Source: Patescibacteria group bacterium
GTDB taxonomy: Bacteria > Patescibacteriota > Minisyncoccia > Phycocordibacterales > UBA9973
Assembly: GCA_040384365.1 (NCBI GenBank)
Contig: JAZKJK010000017.1
Coordinates: 1 to 55,743 of the forward strand
DNA: 55,743 bases
Direction of reading: 5' to 3'
The number at the start of each line of letters is the position of its first letter. Position 1 is the stretch's first letter. This document shows, piece after piece, positions 1-8,714 of this stretch. A program made the position numbers and the translations under genes. The notes under the pieces are model-generated. The model made no database searches and was not told the DNA's origin. It saw only the letters and a program-made list of their open reading frames with translations.

Positions 1-267
1 CCCGATGCCGGACACGCTGATGAGCATCTCAAAAAATTCAAGCTCGGAATGATCCAAGAATCCATATAAATCCAAAACATCTTCGCGGACGTGAGTGTGA
101 ATCCAAAATGACACTTGTGTATCATTTTGCCCTGAGCGAAGTCGAAGGGCATCTACCCTAGAGAGTGTATCAGTAGACACATTTACTTTATATCCGACTC
201 CTGCAGTCTCCAAGATCAGCCATTTCTCTTTCTTTAATATTATTTTCCCTTTTAAGCTACCAATCAT
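1..267 (-). CDS. ruvA: Holliday junction protein RuvA, N-terminal 89 codons (gene runs off left edge)
   Basis: Own minus-strand translation from ATG 267..265: MIGSLKGKIILKKEKWLILETAGVGYKVNVSTDTL...FWIHTHVREDVLDLYGF...ELEFFEMLISVSGIG. This is the typical RuvA domain I plus the start of the HhH domain. It is not in the ORF track because there is no stop in the window. Confidence 0.8.
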   Translation of the reverse strand, partial: MIGSLKGKIILKKEKWLILETAGVGYKVNVSTDTLSRVDALRLRSGQNDTQVSFWIHTHVREDVLDLYGFLDHSELEFFEMLISVSGIG

Positions 268-320
268 TTATTAATCATATCATATTTGCGTTTTTTTGCT
301 TTTTTTGCTAGATTACATCT

Positions 321-572
321 ATGCCAATTACACAATCAGCTAAAAAAGCAATCCGAGGTTCTCTGCGCAAGAAGGCCTTTAATGACAGCCGTAAGCGTGC
401 GATGAAGGAGGTAATCAAGAAAATTGAGAAAATTTCCAAGACAGACAAAAAAGAAGCTCTCAAAATGCTTAGTTCGGCTTTTGCTATCATCGATAAAGCA
501 GCTCAAAAGAACGTCATCAAGAAGAACAACGCCGCTCGCAAGAAATCTCGCTTGGCTAGACTGACTAAATAG
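321..572 (+). CDS. rpsT: 30S ribosomal protein S20
   Basis: 83-aa very basic protein, MPITQSAKKAIRGSLRKKAFN...AARKKSRLARL. S20-like N-terminus and size. Confidence 0.85.
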   Translation: MPITQSAKKAIRGSLRKKAFNDSRKRAMKEVIKKIEKISKTDKKEALKMLSSAFAIIDKAAQKNVIKKNNAARKKSRLARLTK

Positions 573-575
573 CAG

Positions 576-851
576 ATGAACCACCTTTTAGAATTTTATG
601 GAACAGAATGCCCACACTGCATAGATATGCATGCTCTAGTGGAGCGTTTAGAGAAGGAAGAGGGGATAAAGGTAGAAAGTCTGGAAGTCTGGCACAACAA
701 GGAAAATGAGAAGCGTTTACTGGAATTAGACAAAGAATTCTGCGGTGGGGTGCCCTTTTTTTACAATACTAAAACTAACAAATGGATTTGCGGGGAAGAG
801 AGCTATGATGTACTAAAGAAGTGGGCAAGGGGTGAACCATTTAGCCAATAG
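576..851 (+). CDS. small thioredoxin/glutaredoxin-fold protein
   Basis: 91 aa with a CPHC redox motif near the N-terminus (FYGTECPHC) and a later GGVPFF motif. Confidence 0.6.
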   Translation: MNHLLEFYGTECPHCIDMHALVERLEKEEGIKVESLEVWHNKENEKRLLELDKEFCGGVPFFYNTKTNKWICGEESYDVLKKWARGEPFSQ

Positions 852-947
852 AAAATAAAATAGGACACTACTTTTCTCCAGGTCCTCGGTTCTCTGGGTC
901 CCTCCCCCAGCCAGACCATGTAGAAAAGTATGTCCTATTTTATTTTC
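851..947. repeat. long imperfect inverted repeat (arms 851..877 and 922..947) around a 44-nt GC-rich loop
   Basis: GAAAATAAAATAGGACACTACTTTTCT ... AGAAAAGTATGTCCTATTTTATTTTC. The arms are complementary apart from one bulged base. Confidence 0.7.
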
Positions 948-954
948 AACAAAA

Positions 955-983
955 TAAAAAAACCACCCGAAGGTGGTTTTTTT
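955..983. terminator. bidirectional rho-independent terminator between convergent genes
   Basis: A-run, stem AACCACC, loop CGAA, stem GGTGGTT, T-run. Confidence 0.8.
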
Positions 984-996
984 ATTGTTTGAAATA

Positions 997-1194
997 TTAC
1001 GCGCGTTGTACGTTCGTAGCATTCAATCCTTTTGGTGACTCTTCAGTTTCAAAAGAAAGAGTATCTCCTTCTTTTAATTCATCGAAGCTTACGCCAACAA
1101 GAGAGTTACTGTGGAAGAATAAATCCTTCGCAAGTCCTTCTGCTGTGATGAAACCAAAACCTTTATCTGTCAATCTTTTTATTGTACCAGTCAT
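997..1194 (-). CDS. cspA: cold-shock protein (CspA family)
   Basis: 65 aa, MTGTIKRLTDKGFGFITAEG...DLFFHSNSL. RNP1/RNP2-like motifs. Confidence 0.9.
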   Translation of the reverse strand: MTGTIKRLTDKGFGFITAEGLAKDLFFHSNSLVGVSFDELKEGDTLSFETEESPKGLNATNVQRA

Positions 1195-1373
1195 TGATTT
1201 GTTTAAATTACGTTATTAAATACAAAGATATACCTAAGAAATCGACTCTATTAAACTCTTCTTGCACCTACTTTGTCTAAAGAGTATATCATATGAGGGG
1301 TCATTTTGTCAAGTTTTTTTCTATTTAGCAAAAGACCCTTTCTATTTAAGCCAAAATAGGGTAGTCTGTGAGA

Positions 1374-2870
1374 ATGTCTAAAGAAGTCAAAGACAACCAA
1401 AAAACCCAAGAAACTATAGTCAGATTTGATGATGTCTCATTCGAATGGGGAGTCAACAAGCCTATTTTAGAATCGGTGAGTTTTACTGTGCGCAGGGGTA
1501 TGAAGTTTACTCTAATGGGGCAAAATGGCGCCGGTAAGAGTACTATTTTTGGCTTAATTTCTGGCGCGAATGTCCCCGAATCGGGGGTGATCAATGTGGT
1601 CAAAGGAGTCAGTATCGCCACTTCGCGACAAGTCATTCCCAAAGACGAAACCAATCTCACCGTCCGGGAATTTTTCCAAAAATGTTTCAAGCATAAAGTC
1701 TATGACATAGATCCAAAAATTGATGAAGTTTTAGAAGTAGTGAATCTTAAAGGTCACACAGAGGTGCATGATAAAAAGATAAATACTTTTTCTGGCGGAC
1801 AGCAGGCGCGCCTCCTTCTCGCTTCGGCGCTCATCCAAGACCCAGACTTGCTCTTGCTCGATGAACCTACGAACAACTTGGACAAGGCTGGGATTGCCCA
1901 CCTGACCAACTTTCTAGTGGCTTACAAAAAGACTGTGCTGGTCATCTCACACGATGCGGAATTCTTGAATGCTTTTACGCAAGGCGTGCTTTATTTGGAT
2001 GTATATACAAAAAAGATTGAGCAATATGTCGGTAACTATTTTAATGTAGTCAAAGACATCACCGCCCGAGTGGAAAAAGAAAATATGAAAAATGCCCAAC
2101 TCCAAAAAGAGATTCAGGCGAAAAAAGATCAGGCTAATGTCTTTGCCTATAAAGGTGGACGCCTGCGCCTAGTCGCTAAAAGAATGCGTGAGAAAGCAGA
2201 AGAGCTCGAAGAAGAGATAGTAGATGTGCGTAAAGAAGACAGGTCTATCAGACCATTTACTATTCCATCCCAGCCGGACCTCATAGGTGAGATTTTAAAT
2301 ATTTCTGCTTTCACCTCGATGAAAAACGGCAAGATCGTAAAACACAAAGCGAAAATATCTTTGAATAAAAATAACCATTTACTCCTGCAAGGCCCGAATG
2401 GCATAGGTAAGACGACTCTATTAGAGCGACTCGCGAGCGGACATGCTGATGGCGAGAAGGTCAGAGAGGGAATCCGCATCGGATATTATAGGCAGGATTT
2501 TTCTACGCTCAATTTTGAACATACGGTTTACGAATCTTTATCTAGCGCCACGCTCGCTGGCGGAGAAAGGTTGGATGAAGAGCGGATGCGTTCCGTTGCG
2601 GCTGGATTCTTAATTACTGGAGAATTTATTCGTACCAAAATTGGCGACCTGTCCGAAGGACAGAAGGGGTTGGTGGCTTTTGCGCGCTTGGTTCTGCAAA
2701 AACCCGGACTGCTCATCCTCGACGAGCCTACGAACCATATAAATTTCCGCCACTTACCTATAATCGCCGAAGCTCTAGACAAATACGCCGGCGCGATGAT
2801 TCTCGTCTCTCACGTTCCCGAGTTTGTAAAACAAATTAGGATTGACGAAGTACTAGATTTGGAGAAATAA
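1374..2870 (+). CDS. ABC-F family ATPase (two fused ABC cassettes, no TM domain)
   Basis: Walker A GQNGAGKST and GPNGIGKTT. Signature-like FSGGQQARLLLA and LSEGQKGLVAF. Walker B LLLDEPTNNLD and LILDEPTNHI. The track ORF starts at GTG 1368; the first ATG is at 1374. Confidence 0.85.
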   Translation: MSKEVKDNQKTQETIVRFDDVSFEWGVNKPILESVSFTVRRGMKFTLMGQNGAGKSTIFGLISGANVPESGVINVVKGVSIATSRQVIPKDETNLTVREFFQKCFKHKVYDIDPKIDEVLEVVNLKGHTEVHDKKINTFSGGQQARLLLASALIQDPDLLLLDEPTNNLDKAGIAHLTNFLVAYKKTVLVISHDAEFLNAFTQGVLYLDVYTKKIEQYVGNYFNVVKDITARVEKENMKNAQLQKEIQAKKDQANVFAYKGGRLRLVAKRMREKAEELEEEIVDVRKEDRSIRPFTIPSQPDLIGEILNISAFTSMKNGKIVKHKAKISLNKNNHLLLQGPNGIGKTTLLERLASGHADGEKVREGIRIGYYRQDFSTLNFEHTVYESLSSATLAGGERLDEERMRSVAAGFLITGEFIRTKIGDLSEGQKGLVAFARLVLQKPGLLILDEPTNHINFRHLPIIAEALDKYAGAMILVSHVPEFVKQIRIDEVLDLEK

Positions 2871-2877
2871 AATTTGG

Positions 2878-2921
2878 ATAAAAAAAGAAACAGACCGATC
2901 AGCACAAAGCTTGGCGGTCTG
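2878..2921 (-). terminator. possible terminator of the 2989..3270 gene
   Basis: Stem CAGACCG/CGGTCTG with a 17-nt loop, followed on the minus strand by a T-rich run. Confidence 0.4.
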
Positions 2922-2988
2922 CTCAAATATCTTTCTGTTCGATTACGCACCGAACATGCGGGGATGAGTCCGAATACTCAAACCCAAT

Positions 2989-3270
2989 TTATTTTCTCTT
3001 TCTTTTCGGGAAAGCCCGTTCCATGATTTCGAACAACGGGACGGTTTTCTCTGTGCGGATAGCCACACGTTTGGCGATTCGGAGGTCACTCCGACTTGTG
3101 ATGCTTGCCACAAGCCAGAATGAGTGCTCTTCACACTTTGCCCACAAACCACTTTTGAACGGGACCACGATCAGACCAGTTTTTTGGCTGAACATAATCC
3201 GGTGACCTTCAAGGTCTTTGTGTGTTTTTTCCAACTTCTTGACCAACTCAACGAACATTTCTGTTCTCAT
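2989..3270 (-). CDS. hypothetical protein, 93 aa, GC-elevated
   Basis: ORF with a strong SD (AGGAGAAACA before the ATG). No family recognised. Confidence 0.5.
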   Translation of the reverse strand: MRTEMFVELVKKLEKTHKDLEGHRIMFSQKTGLIVVPFKSGLWAKCEEHSFWLVASITSRSDLRIAKRVAIRTEKTVPLFEIMERAFPKRKRK

Positions 3271-3346
3271 TGTTTCTCCTGTTGATAATCGTTGCTACTC
3301 AATTATGTATTTTTACATACATAACATAAAAAGTCAAGGCTACTTA

Positions 3347-3381
3347 GCAAAAATTCCAGCAAGGGTAGTCCTTGCTGGAAT
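3347..3381 (-). terminator. rho-independent terminator of the 3446..4351 gene
   Basis: 12-bp stem ATTCCAGCAAGG/CCTTGCTGGAAT with a 5-nt loop, followed by a T-run on the minus strand. Confidence 0.75.
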
Positions 3382-3445
3382 TAGACTCTAGCGCTCGCGA
3401 GTGACAGGGTAGAGAAATAAAAACCACCCCTAGTTCAAAGGGCCC

Positions 3446-4351
3446 TTATTGATCCAAACTAGATAAGTTTTTCAGGCGTGATAAAAGAGGAGAACACATT
3501 TCCTGAAACTTATGGAATAGTATTTTTGGGTCGCTTTGATATTTATTAAATATTTCCTTTGCTGTTTTGACAAAGTGCGGATCTTTATTGCTTTTAATTT
3601 CTTCCACCATTGCATCGTATTCTCTTTTTTCTTTCTCAAGTCCTTCATCACGAGAATGGGTTTCAAGGTATTCTATTATAACTGGAAATTTTAAAAGGCT
3701 GAATGCTATATCCATATGAGCATCTAATACAGATTCAAAGTTGTCGGAATCTAAATTTTGAATGACGGATTGGATAGCAAGAATAGTTTCTTTGGCTTCA
3801 GGGAGATCCATTGTCTTCATTCGAGTTTTAAAAGCTTCTTGCCATCTTTTTAACCGCTCGGGGTTTAAAAGTGCTGTAAAAATAGGGTCTTCGCCAATCA
3901 CATTCCACCACAGAAGAGCATACACTTCTTCTTTGTAGCTTCTCAGGCGATGTTCCGGTCCTTTTTCTGTCGTCAAAAATGATGGAACGACAGAGTTTGT
4001 TGTTCCATCATTTTTTTCATACGCCACGAAGGAGTGCGTAATGTCATGTAGAGCAAGATTATTGAAGTTCCCCATGTGTCTTTCAAGTTCACCCCTTACT
4101 TCTTTTATAGATTGAAATTTTTTATCTTGCGATGTTAATACTGCATTGAGAATTCTTTTTCCGACATACGAAACATATTTTCGAAATACCTGAGCTTCTT
4201 CTTCTGTGAGATCCAACTCACCGAGACCGAACAACCCCTTTAATTTTTCTGGAGTAAAAAGTTCTTCATTTTCATAAATTTCACGATTCCTTCTTTCGAT
4301 TTCTGGGCTTACTTTTTCATTACGGTAAAGTGTTTTTTCCGGATTAAACAT
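3446..4351 (-). CDS. hypothetical protein, 301 aa
   Basis: Long ORF with host-like composition. No motif recognised. Confidence 0.55.
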   Translation of the reverse strand: MFNPEKTLYRNEKVSPEIERRNREIYENEELFTPEKLKGLFGLGELDLTEEEAQVFRKYVSYVGKRILNAVLTSQDKKFQSIKEVRGELERHMGNFNNLALHDITHSFVAYEKNDGTTNSVVPSFLTTEKGPEHRLRSYKEEVYALLWWNVIGEDPIFTALLNPERLKRWQEAFKTRMKTMDLPEAKETILAIQSVIQNLDSDNFESVLDAHMDIAFSLLKFPVIIEYLETHSRDEGLEKEKREYDAMVEEIKSNKDPHFVKTAKEIFNKYQSDPKILFHKFQEMCSPLLSRLKNLSSLDQ

Positions 4352-4430
4352 GTGTAAATATTAACACAATCTTAAAAATTTATAAACTACATTTAGAATC
4401 CTAAAAGGGGAGTCCTTGCGAGGTTGCAAA

Positions 4431-5120
4431 TTAGGATTGACGAAGTACTTGATCTAGAAAAGTAGTCAGTTCTTCGCCTTTTATTTCTCGCAGAGCGCCG
4501 GATTTTAGATTATTTAATTTTATATTCATTATTCTCTCGCGTTTTAAGTCAGCGACTTCTTGAAAAAGGTTTGAACACATTCGGCGGATCTGGTGTTTCT
4601 TACCCTCGGTTAGAATTATTTTAAAAGTAAAATCACTTAGGATTTGCACCTTGCATTTCTTGGTTTGGTAACCTTCGATGTTCACCCCCGCTTCCATTTT
4701 CTGTTTAAAGTTAGAGCGGAGTTTGTTTGTAGTTCTGACGACATATTCTTTCTCATGATAGTATTTCGGATTTAGGAGTTGGTCGGTAATGCGTCCATCA
4801 TTGGTCAAAATCAAAAGTCCATGACTAGCTTTATCGAGTCTACCCAATGGGAAGAGATCTACCCTCGGTGAGTCTGTCTCTATCCCGATTGGTTTGTTGT
4901 ACGCAAAATACACGTACTCCTTTTGCTCCGCGCCCTTCACCTCTACTTTATCTTTCTCCAACACTTTACTGCCGAGTACGGCGAGCTTGCCATTGATAAA
5001 TACTTTCTTGTCTTTCACCAACTCATCAGCGCCTCTCCTCGTAGAGATCTTTTTAAGCGCCAGATATTTATTTATCCGCATTGGGTATGAGGATTCTGTA
5101 CCCTTTTCTTTGGATTGCAT
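4431..5120 (-). CDS. pseudouridine synthase, RsuA/RluB/RluF family (S4 domain + catalytic domain)
   Basis: S4-like N-terminus (MRINKYLA...RRGADELV), catalytic GRLDKASHGLLILTNDG, and EGKKHQIRRM. Confidence 0.85.
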   Translation of the reverse strand: MQSKEKGTESSYPMRINKYLALKKISTRRGADELVKDKKVFINGKLAVLGSKVLEKDKVEVKGAEQKEYVYFAYNKPIGIETDSPRVDLFPLGRLDKASHGLLILTNDGRITDQLLNPKYYHEKEYVVRTTNKLRSNFKQKMEAGVNIEGYQTKKCKVQILSDFTFKIILTEGKKHQIRRMCSNLFQEVADLKRERIMNIKLNNLKSGALREIKGEELTTFLDQVLRQS

Positions 5121-5147
5121 AGAGTTAAGCTAACAATAGCACAATTT

Positions 5148-7163
5148 TTAGAAGTGTCCTTGGGTCGGTGCTGGTGCAGGTTTTGGAGTTAAGAATTGAC
5201 CACGTAGATGTTTCGCTAGAAGTATGAGCACAAGTATGAGGATAAGTAGGAAGGTCCATCCGAATATATTCGTAGGGAAGAAGCCAGATCCAAATACATT
5301 TGCTCCGAGTGAGACCGCGTTATCTTCACTCCAAACTTGCGCTGAGATATTAGCGCTAGCTGATTGCGATACACCTGCAGGATCTATATAAGAGAGGGTA
5401 GCCGGGAAATTCAAACTTGTGCCAGCTGGAGTATCGTTTTGCACTCGGGCTCTGACCGTCACTGAGCCTTGCCCGTTGGCCGGTAATGTACCCAAGTTGA
5501 AGACGAGAACATTGCCAGATATCGTCGGGTTGCCTCCAGTCGAGAACATGTAGTCAACTCCTTCCGGAAGTGGGAGTCGTAGAGTCAGACCAGTAATTGA
5601 TCCAGTGCCGACGTTCTGATAGTTGAGGGTGTAATTAATTTCATCGCCTGGGTGAGGTCGAGTATTGTCTATCGTAGGTGTCACGGCTTGGGTGCGATCT
5701 ACCGAAGAAGAGACAAGTATGCGGGCAGTCGGAGTGCTTGTCGCTGGTTCTCTGATGACGATTGTATTTTGACCAGTGGTGGTGAAACTCAAGATGGAAC
5801 CGACATTTCTCCAAAGAGAATCTTCGGCTACCGCTCGGAAATAATATGTTGTGCCTGGAGCCAGTCCACTCAAGGTGTCTGAGTGAATCACAGATGACGA
5901 CGAGCCGACTGGAGTGGTGGTAGTCTTGTTTCCTAGACTGATAGTTCTACCCCATTCAAACCAAGAATTTACAGAGCCATTTCCTGAACCAGTAATGAGA
6001 GAATTTAATTGTACTCTGGTATTTGAAATCTGAGTGGCGCCTGTCGTGGTAGCCGTCAGGGAGTTATTTGTAGTTTGGCTCTGACCGTCGACGTATATAG
6101 TTATTGATCTACTGTCGCTGTAGTTATTATTGTAATTATAATTATTGTTGTAATTATTGTAGTAACCATTACAAGAAATAGTGTAAGTAGTCGTGTAAAA
6201 AAGTGAACCGGTGCGGAACGTACCAGAAGAATTTCGATTGCCTGCCCAGCCATTAGCGCCTCCAGTAGCATTGCAGTAATCAGCATCGTCCGCAGACCAG
6301 CGAATGGTAGTGTTGTCACCATAGCCGATGCGAGTTCTATCAGCTGAGAGACGAATGTTTATGTCTTGATCATTATTAGAATCTCGATCATCCACGCGGA
6401 TGGTGACGGAGTCGCTATTTGATCCACTATCATTTGTACAAGTTATCCGGAAAGTTTTATCTGAAGTTAGTCGTCCGGTATTAAAACTTCCAGAAGTATT
6501 GCGTTCACCAGACCAGCCATTTGTGCCGCCACTCGCGTCACAATAGTCTGCATCGTCTGAATCCCAACGAATAGTAGTACTATCATTGTAATCAATATCT
6601 GAATCATTAGCGTAAATATTTACTGTCGGTTCTCGATCGTCATTATTGTTATGATATCTACATGGCAATGTGCCGCCGTAATTTATCGCCGAAGGATCCT
6701 GACAGTAATAATTCTGATTTGATCCGCTGACATTTACCGTGATTGAATCGTTAGTAGAGGCTCCGCCGTTGGTACAGCTGATATTGAAAGTTGTAGAATT
6801 AGTCAAGGCGCCAGTATAGAAAAATCCAGAAGTACTTTTGTTGCCAGACCAGCCGTTCGCGCCACCAGTCGCGCTACAAGAAGTGGCATTGCTAGTGTTC
6901 CAAGAGATTGTGCTTGATCCGCCATAGGTGACACTCATTGGATTTGCCGAAAGTTGAATTGTGGGATTAATAGCTTGAGCAGCGGGAGCTGGAGCTGGCT
7001 CGTCGTCATCACAGAAAATCGCACAAAAAACCGGATCGGGGAACCATCCAAAGAAATCTGCAGCCTGCGCGCGAGATGGCATAGCCGTAGCGATGCCGAA
7101 TAGGAGCATGGATACCATTGCTCCAAAAACGATGTATTTAGTTGGGTTTTTAATGTTTTTCAT
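5148..7163 (-). CDS. large secreted, C-terminally membrane-anchored repeat protein (putative surface adhesin)
   Basis: N-terminal signal-like TM and a C-terminal TM (WTFLLILILVLILLA). Three roughly 95-aa Cys-containing repeats (I[SR]W...DADYC.A.GG.NGW.G.....SG.F.TG.L...T..I.C.N). An N/Y low-complexity run. An FN3-like segment (APGTTYYFRAVA). A DUF11-like segment (PGDEINYTLNYQNVGTG). Confidence 0.8.
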   Translation of the reverse strand: MKNIKNPTKYIVFGAMVSMLLFGIATAMPSRAQAADFFGWFPDPVFCAIFCDDDEPAPAPAAQAINPTIQLSANPMSVTYGGSSTISWNTSNATSCSATGGANGWSGNKSTSGFFYTGALTNSTTFNISCTNGGASTNDSITVNVSGSNQNYYCQDPSAINYGGTLPCRYHNNNDDREPTVNIYANDSDIDYNDSTTIRWDSDDADYCDASGGTNGWSGERNTSGSFNTGRLTSDKTFRITCTNDSGSNSDSVTIRVDDRDSNNDQDINIRLSADRTRIGYGDNTTIRWSADDADYCNATGGANGWAGNRNSSGTFRTGSLFYTTTYTISCNGYYNNYNNNYNYNNNYSDSRSITIYVDGQSQTTNNSLTATTTGATQISNTRVQLNSLITGSGNGSVNSWFEWGRTISLGNKTTTTPVGSSSSVIHSDTLSGLAPGTTYYFRAVAEDSLWRNVGSILSFTTTGQNTIVIREPATSTPTARILVSSSVDRTQAVTPTIDNTRPHPGDEINYTLNYQNVGTGSITGLTLRLPLPEGVDYMFSTGGNPTISGNVLVFNLGTLPANGQGSVTVRARVQNDTPAGTSLNFPATLSYIDPAGVSQSASANISAQVWSEDNAVSLGANVFGSGFFPTNIFGWTFLLILILVLILLAKHLRGQFLTPKPAPAPTQGHF

Positions 7164-7204
7164 ATATGAACAGTAAATAAAACGATTAAATGTTTATAAT
7201 ATGT

Positions 7205-7233
7205 ATTGTATACTATAATATGAAAAAAGTCAA
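7205..7233 (-). promoter_or_regulatory. sigma70-type promoter for the surface-protein gene
   Basis: Minus strand reads TTGACT (7233..7228), 17-nt spacer, TACAAT (7210..7205). Confidence 0.55.
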
Positions 7234-7287
7234 GGAGGCGTAATTTAGCTTTGTTTTTAATTTAAAAACTGCTAATCTGAATAAATT

Positions 7288-7359
7288 GCTCTCGTAGTTC
7301 AACGGATAGAATGCTGGCCTGCGAAGCTGGCGATCCAAGTTCGATTCTTGGCGGGAGCA
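7288..7359 (+). tRNA. tRNA-Arg, anticodon GCG
   Basis: Hand-folded cloverleaf. Acceptor GCTCTCG/CGGGAGC (one G-U pair). Anticodon stem CTGGC/GCTGG with loop CT-GCG-AA. T arm CCAAG-TTCGATT-CTTGG. Discriminator A; no encoded CCA. Confidence 0.75.
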
Positions 7360-7455
7360 CAAAATGTGGGACATTTTGTGCTAGACGGAGGCACTCTGGT
7401 GCCGAGTCGGGATCGCGTAAAAATTCAGTAGAATTTTATATGTGATCACAAAATA

Positions 7456-7929
7456 TCAAAAACCCAGTGAGTCCATTATCTTGAGAGAAGAATGCTCCTT
7501 CATTTCTTCTTCCTGAATATTTTTCGCGAGCATTATAGAGTGAATATCTTCGGCAATGTCAGATGAGATCGGTATGGATATCATCGGCATAAACATTCTC
7601 TCTGATTTTAAAAAGAGGGTCGGTTTTAAGTTGGTTTCTCCGCTCGGATCTAGCTGGACCCAAAAAGATTTTATATTTTCATAAGGGTAGAGACGGGTCC
7701 GTATTTTTAATCCGTGAGTATTTAATTCGTAATGGATGATTTCTGGTTTTTTAACTGCAAAAAATCCCAAGAGGACTCCACTCAAGACGAGCAGAGCTGC
7801 AAAAAAATAATTTCCGTAAATCATCGCGGCGATGGAGCTGGTGACGACGATGATGCCGAGCGCCCAAAACCAATCTTTACTCCGCTCTTTTTCTTCGTAT
7901 TCTAAGGCAGACCATTCGAGCTTTTGCAT
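7456..7929 (-). CDS. hypothetical membrane protein (2 TM followed by a soluble domain)
   Basis: 157 aa. Hydrophobic segments WFWALGIIVVTSSIAAMIYG and FFAALLVLSGVLLGFFAV. Confidence 0.6.
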   Translation of the reverse strand: MQKLEWSALEYEEKERSKDWFWALGIIVVTSSIAAMIYGNYFFAALLVLSGVLLGFFAVKKPEIIHYELNTHGLKIRTRLYPYENIKSFWVQLDPSGETNLKPTLFLKSERMFMPMISIPISSDIAEDIHSIMLAKNIQEEEMKEHSSLKIMDSLGF

Positions 7930-7938
7930 GGGCTAATT

Positions 7939-8637
7939 TTAGCACAAATCAGGTGGTTTTTGCAAAAGTTTGCCAAAGCCTTGCTTCGGCACTTCTAGAA
8001 AATTTTTACCGACGACAATTCCTACCAGGGCGCCAATGATAGCCCCAGCCACAAAGTCAGAAAACCAGTGAATACTGATTGATATCCCGATTCCAATATA
8101 AAATGCATAGAGAAGTGCTAGAAATTTCACTTTTTTATTGTTTGGATAGAGCATCACAAGAGCAAAAGACATAGCAAAGGCGACGGCGGTGTGCGAGGAA
8201 GGCCAGCCCCAAAATATTCCGTGTTGCAAGAATCCAAAATTAAAATCCCTACTGATGTCCATCGTGGAAATATGAGTTAGAAATTCTGGTTGAGTTCTGC
8301 CGGTGAAAGTTTTATAAACAATAGAAATGAGATATCCGATCAAACCCGCCTGGGCTACACCCAATGACGCAATAATATTTCTAGTATTTTTTCTTAATTT
8401 CCCGAATATATAAATAATAGTTGGTATGGCGATGGGTACAAAAAATCCTATGATAGCGGGGAGGAGAGTGAGCTGTTGCAAGAATACATTTCTGGTTGAT
8501 TCAAAATAAAACCAATCAAATCCAGAAGTCACTATAATATATGTGAGCACTATGGCTAAAAAATGCCACAGGACATTTTTTCCTGTAAAAGATTCAATTG
8601 TATTTTTTCTTAGACCATTTAGAAAATTTCTCAACAT
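7939..8637 (-). CDS. PAP2-family membrane phosphatase
   Basis: Multi-TM protein with PAP2-like motifs WPSSHTAVAF and HWFSDFVAGAIIG. Confidence 0.7.
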   Translation of the reverse strand: MLRNFLNGLRKNTIESFTGKNVLWHFLAIVLTYIIVTSGFDWFYFESTRNVFLQQLTLLPAIIGFFVPIAIPTIIYIFGKLRKNTRNIIASLGVAQAGLIGYLISIVYKTFTGRTQPEFLTHISTMDISRDFNFGFLQHGIFWGWPSSHTAVAFAMSFALVMLYPNNKKVKFLALLYAFYIGIGISISIHWFSDFVAGAIIGALVGIVVGKNFLEVPKQGFGKLLQKPPDLC

Positions 8638-8714
8638 GCATTCAATTATAACTTATTTTGTGAACAACTGAGTGGCTGGTTGGAACTAGTATAGTTTTTT
8701 GATAAACTTGTATT

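Noticed and set aside
3309-3337. Promoter for the 93-aa gene (TTGACT on the minus strand at 3337..3332).
   Set aside because: The -10 region is TAAAAAT, with ambiguous spacing and no clean hexamer.

That is too weak to list as a feature.
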